This document shows positions 61,800 to 64,000 of a DNA stretch of 64,000 nt, piece by piece (positions within the stretch are counted from its first letter, which is position 1; the number at the start of each line of letters is the position of its first letter). The position numbers and the translations under genes were made by a program. This DNA is from Saccostrea echinata (taxonomy: Eukaryota): contig NW_026889757.1 in NCBI RefSeq assembly GCF_033153115.1, positions 6,076,001 to 6,140,000 on the forward strand, read 5' to 3'. The notes below the pieces were generated by a model. The model made no database searches. It was not told where the DNA came from and saw only the letters and a program-made list of their open reading frames with translations.

Positions 61800-64000
61800 T
61801 ACCTCTTCTTTCTGCTGCCTTTCTTACTGGAGTAGTGAATCCTATCTCTGACTGAAGCCCCTATCCATCTTAGTGCTAACACAGTTCCTAGGTTTTTTCT
61901 CCCTATACAAATGGTTTCAACATGTCTTTATGGAAGAATCTTGACCCTGCTTCGGACACTGCATCAGTTGCTTAATTTCCACTTGTATCTGGGCGGTGTG
62001 TCGACTCCAGTTTCTTTTACTTTCGGATCTTTGGAGTCCTTGAGGGTCAAAATGAGACGAGCCTTCACAGTTTTGAATTTCTCTACCACTGATGTGAAAA
62101 GTAATCGTAGCTTAGTGATCCTGCTCTAAATTCCGACTGATGAAAAGCTCCGTGATACCCCCCATCCTCGGAGAAACTGTTGACTTTCCTCCCAAAGCCC
62201 TCAACCCATTACAATTGTTATGGCAATGTCGTAAAACATCAATGGCTATATTATTCTGGATAGGAGTTTGTGCTGGAAGACCCATGCCTTAAATTTTCCT
62301 GGCAAGCCCGTATTATCGATGTCTCTTTCAGTTTATTTGTTGCCTCCTGTTCTAGACGTCTGCTGCTATGTCCTACGGGGTATCATCATTCCACTTCCTT
62401 GCCATTTGATGGGGATATCTTGGATTGATGGTATCTTTTCACACTGAATAATCAGATTGAATTTTTGTTTAATTCTGTTCTTTGTTTACCACAAAGATTC
62501 CGAAACTTCATAAAAATCCTTACAAACAAAGATACATAGCGGGTTCCAGTAAATGTTCTACCAAGCCTCTTTCTTTACTTCTCACCAAAATATTAACAGC
62601 AGTGAAGGAGAAACTTTAGGAGTACTGTGCAACAATATATTCGAGAAGTGGTGTAAATCAGTTGTGGATACATTCCAAGGAACTTTTGGAAAATTTGAAA
62701 TCACAAAATTTTACTAAAATCAATAACATAAAAACTTACGACTTTTCAACTCTGTATATACAACCTTTCCCCACGATAAATTAAAGTCCAGGCTTTTTGA
62801 CATCGTTGACAGCTGCTTTTTCAATAAAAATAGAGCTCGTAAATTTACTTACCTTCTTATTGGTCATTTGCAAAATTATTCTGTTAAAAACATTTTGACT
62901 GTGCACATAAGTATTCTGAATATGATATTAAAAGTTGCTTGAGTTTCTCATTGACAATTTCTATGTGGTTTTTGGAGACCAGGTCTTCCAACAATCTGTT
63001 GAAATTCCCATGGGTACCAATTGCGCCCTGTTGTTAGCAGATCTATTTTTGTATTCATATGAAGCAGAATTTATTCAAAATCTTATACGTGAGAAAAAGA
63101 AATCTCTTGCTATGGCCTTCAACTCGACATTTAGATATATCGACGACGTATTATCAATTAACAATAGTTATTTCCATTCATATATCGACACGATATATCC
63201 CAGTGAGCTTGAAAGAAGCTGCATATGGGGTGTATATCTCTCAGTTGATACGATACGCAAGAGCATGCTCTACGTATGAACAATTTCTAAAACGAGGTAA
63301 GTTATTGACAAACAAGTTGATGAAACAAGAATATCAACAGTCTCGTTTAAAGTCATCATTTCGTAAGTTCTATGGTCGATACAATGTCCTTGTCAGCAAA
63401 TGCAATCTATCATTAAGTCATATGCTGACTGACGTTTTTCATACTAATTGTTAGGCCATTATTTACACCCTGAATTATCGACGAGTTTTGCCGTTATTTC
63501 CCGATCATGACAAGGAGCACACGGCGGGTGTGACCGGTCGGCAGGGGATGCTCACTCCTCCATGGCACCTGATCCCACATCTGATGTTTTTGGAGATCCA
63601 TGTTTGCGATGCTCCCGATTGGTATTGTTTGAATGGATTTTGAGCTTGAATACTATTCGTTATCTCCATATTTTATTTCAACGAGACATCTCGATTTGAA
63701 AGGCTTGAACTTCATTCGGACCCTTATGGCTTTTTCGTCCGAGGTTCTCATAACCCATCTCGCATGTATCTATATTGTCTTAGTGATGGTTAATCGTCCA
63801 TGTAACCTCTGCTTGAAAGCTTCTTGATGGCTGACTTGGTCTTTGGTCCTCTGGCCTCTCTTCTCCCTGCCTTTATTAAGAGATTCATTGCCATGACAAA
63901 AATGACTTCAAAAATAGTATTAATACTTTCACTATCCCTTTCTCCAGCCGCTACAATGATGCTGTAGTCTCCCACTCTGAATCTAAACTGTATCACATCT
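61800..64000 (-). mobile_element. Decayed Hero (R2-group) non-LTR retrotransposon RT region, split by a Penelope-like insertion
   Basis: Remnant peptides FVMAMNLL...RGYMDD (63790-63910), RMKFKPFKSRCLV, IDNTGLPGKFKAWVFQH and TSVVEKFKTVKARLILTLKDSKDPKV, with stops and frameshifts. It continues beyond the window. Confidence 0.75.
62470..63670 (+). mobile_element. 5'-truncated, frameshifted Penelope-like element (Naiad-type RT)
   Basis: Remnants KTYDFSTLY, IPMGTNCA..LADLFLYSYE, FRYIDDVLSINN and YGVYISQLIRYARACS. The ORF ends at 63454 with no downstream GIY-YIG domain and is followed by a GC-rich tail at 63515-63610. Confidence 0.85.

Overview
AT-rich, intron-containing eukaryotic DNA, most likely from an oyster (Ostreidae). 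That assignment rests on 166-bp Cg170-like satellite arrays carried in pearl/HINE-type non-autonomous Helentrons. I reconstructed three protein-coding genes by hand, all on the minus strand: (1) a 4-exon SLC16/MCT-family MFS transporter (83..5234, 494 aa); (2) a single-exon Spot14/MID1IP1 (MIG12) family gene (22699..23202, 167 aa); (3) a PINCH/LIMS five-LIM adaptor (35687..59995, about 335 aa) with two alternative first coding exons and a duplicated exon for the first zinc finger of LIM1. The rest is dense with repeats: HINE/pearl elements with internal tandem arrays; Kolobok-, Harbinger-, CMC- and Tc1/mariner-like MITEs; foldback palindromes; and decayed RTE, Hero and Penelope/Naiad-like retroelements, several of them nested. 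The most notable observations are the duplicated LIM1 finger exons of PINCH, a TIR element with RFX X-box-like palindromes phased at about 175 bp from each end, a nuclear-receptor element cluster upstream of the Spot14-family gene, and a 147/137-bp higher-order repeat forming inside a HINE. All coordinates were counted by eye and no database searches were run.
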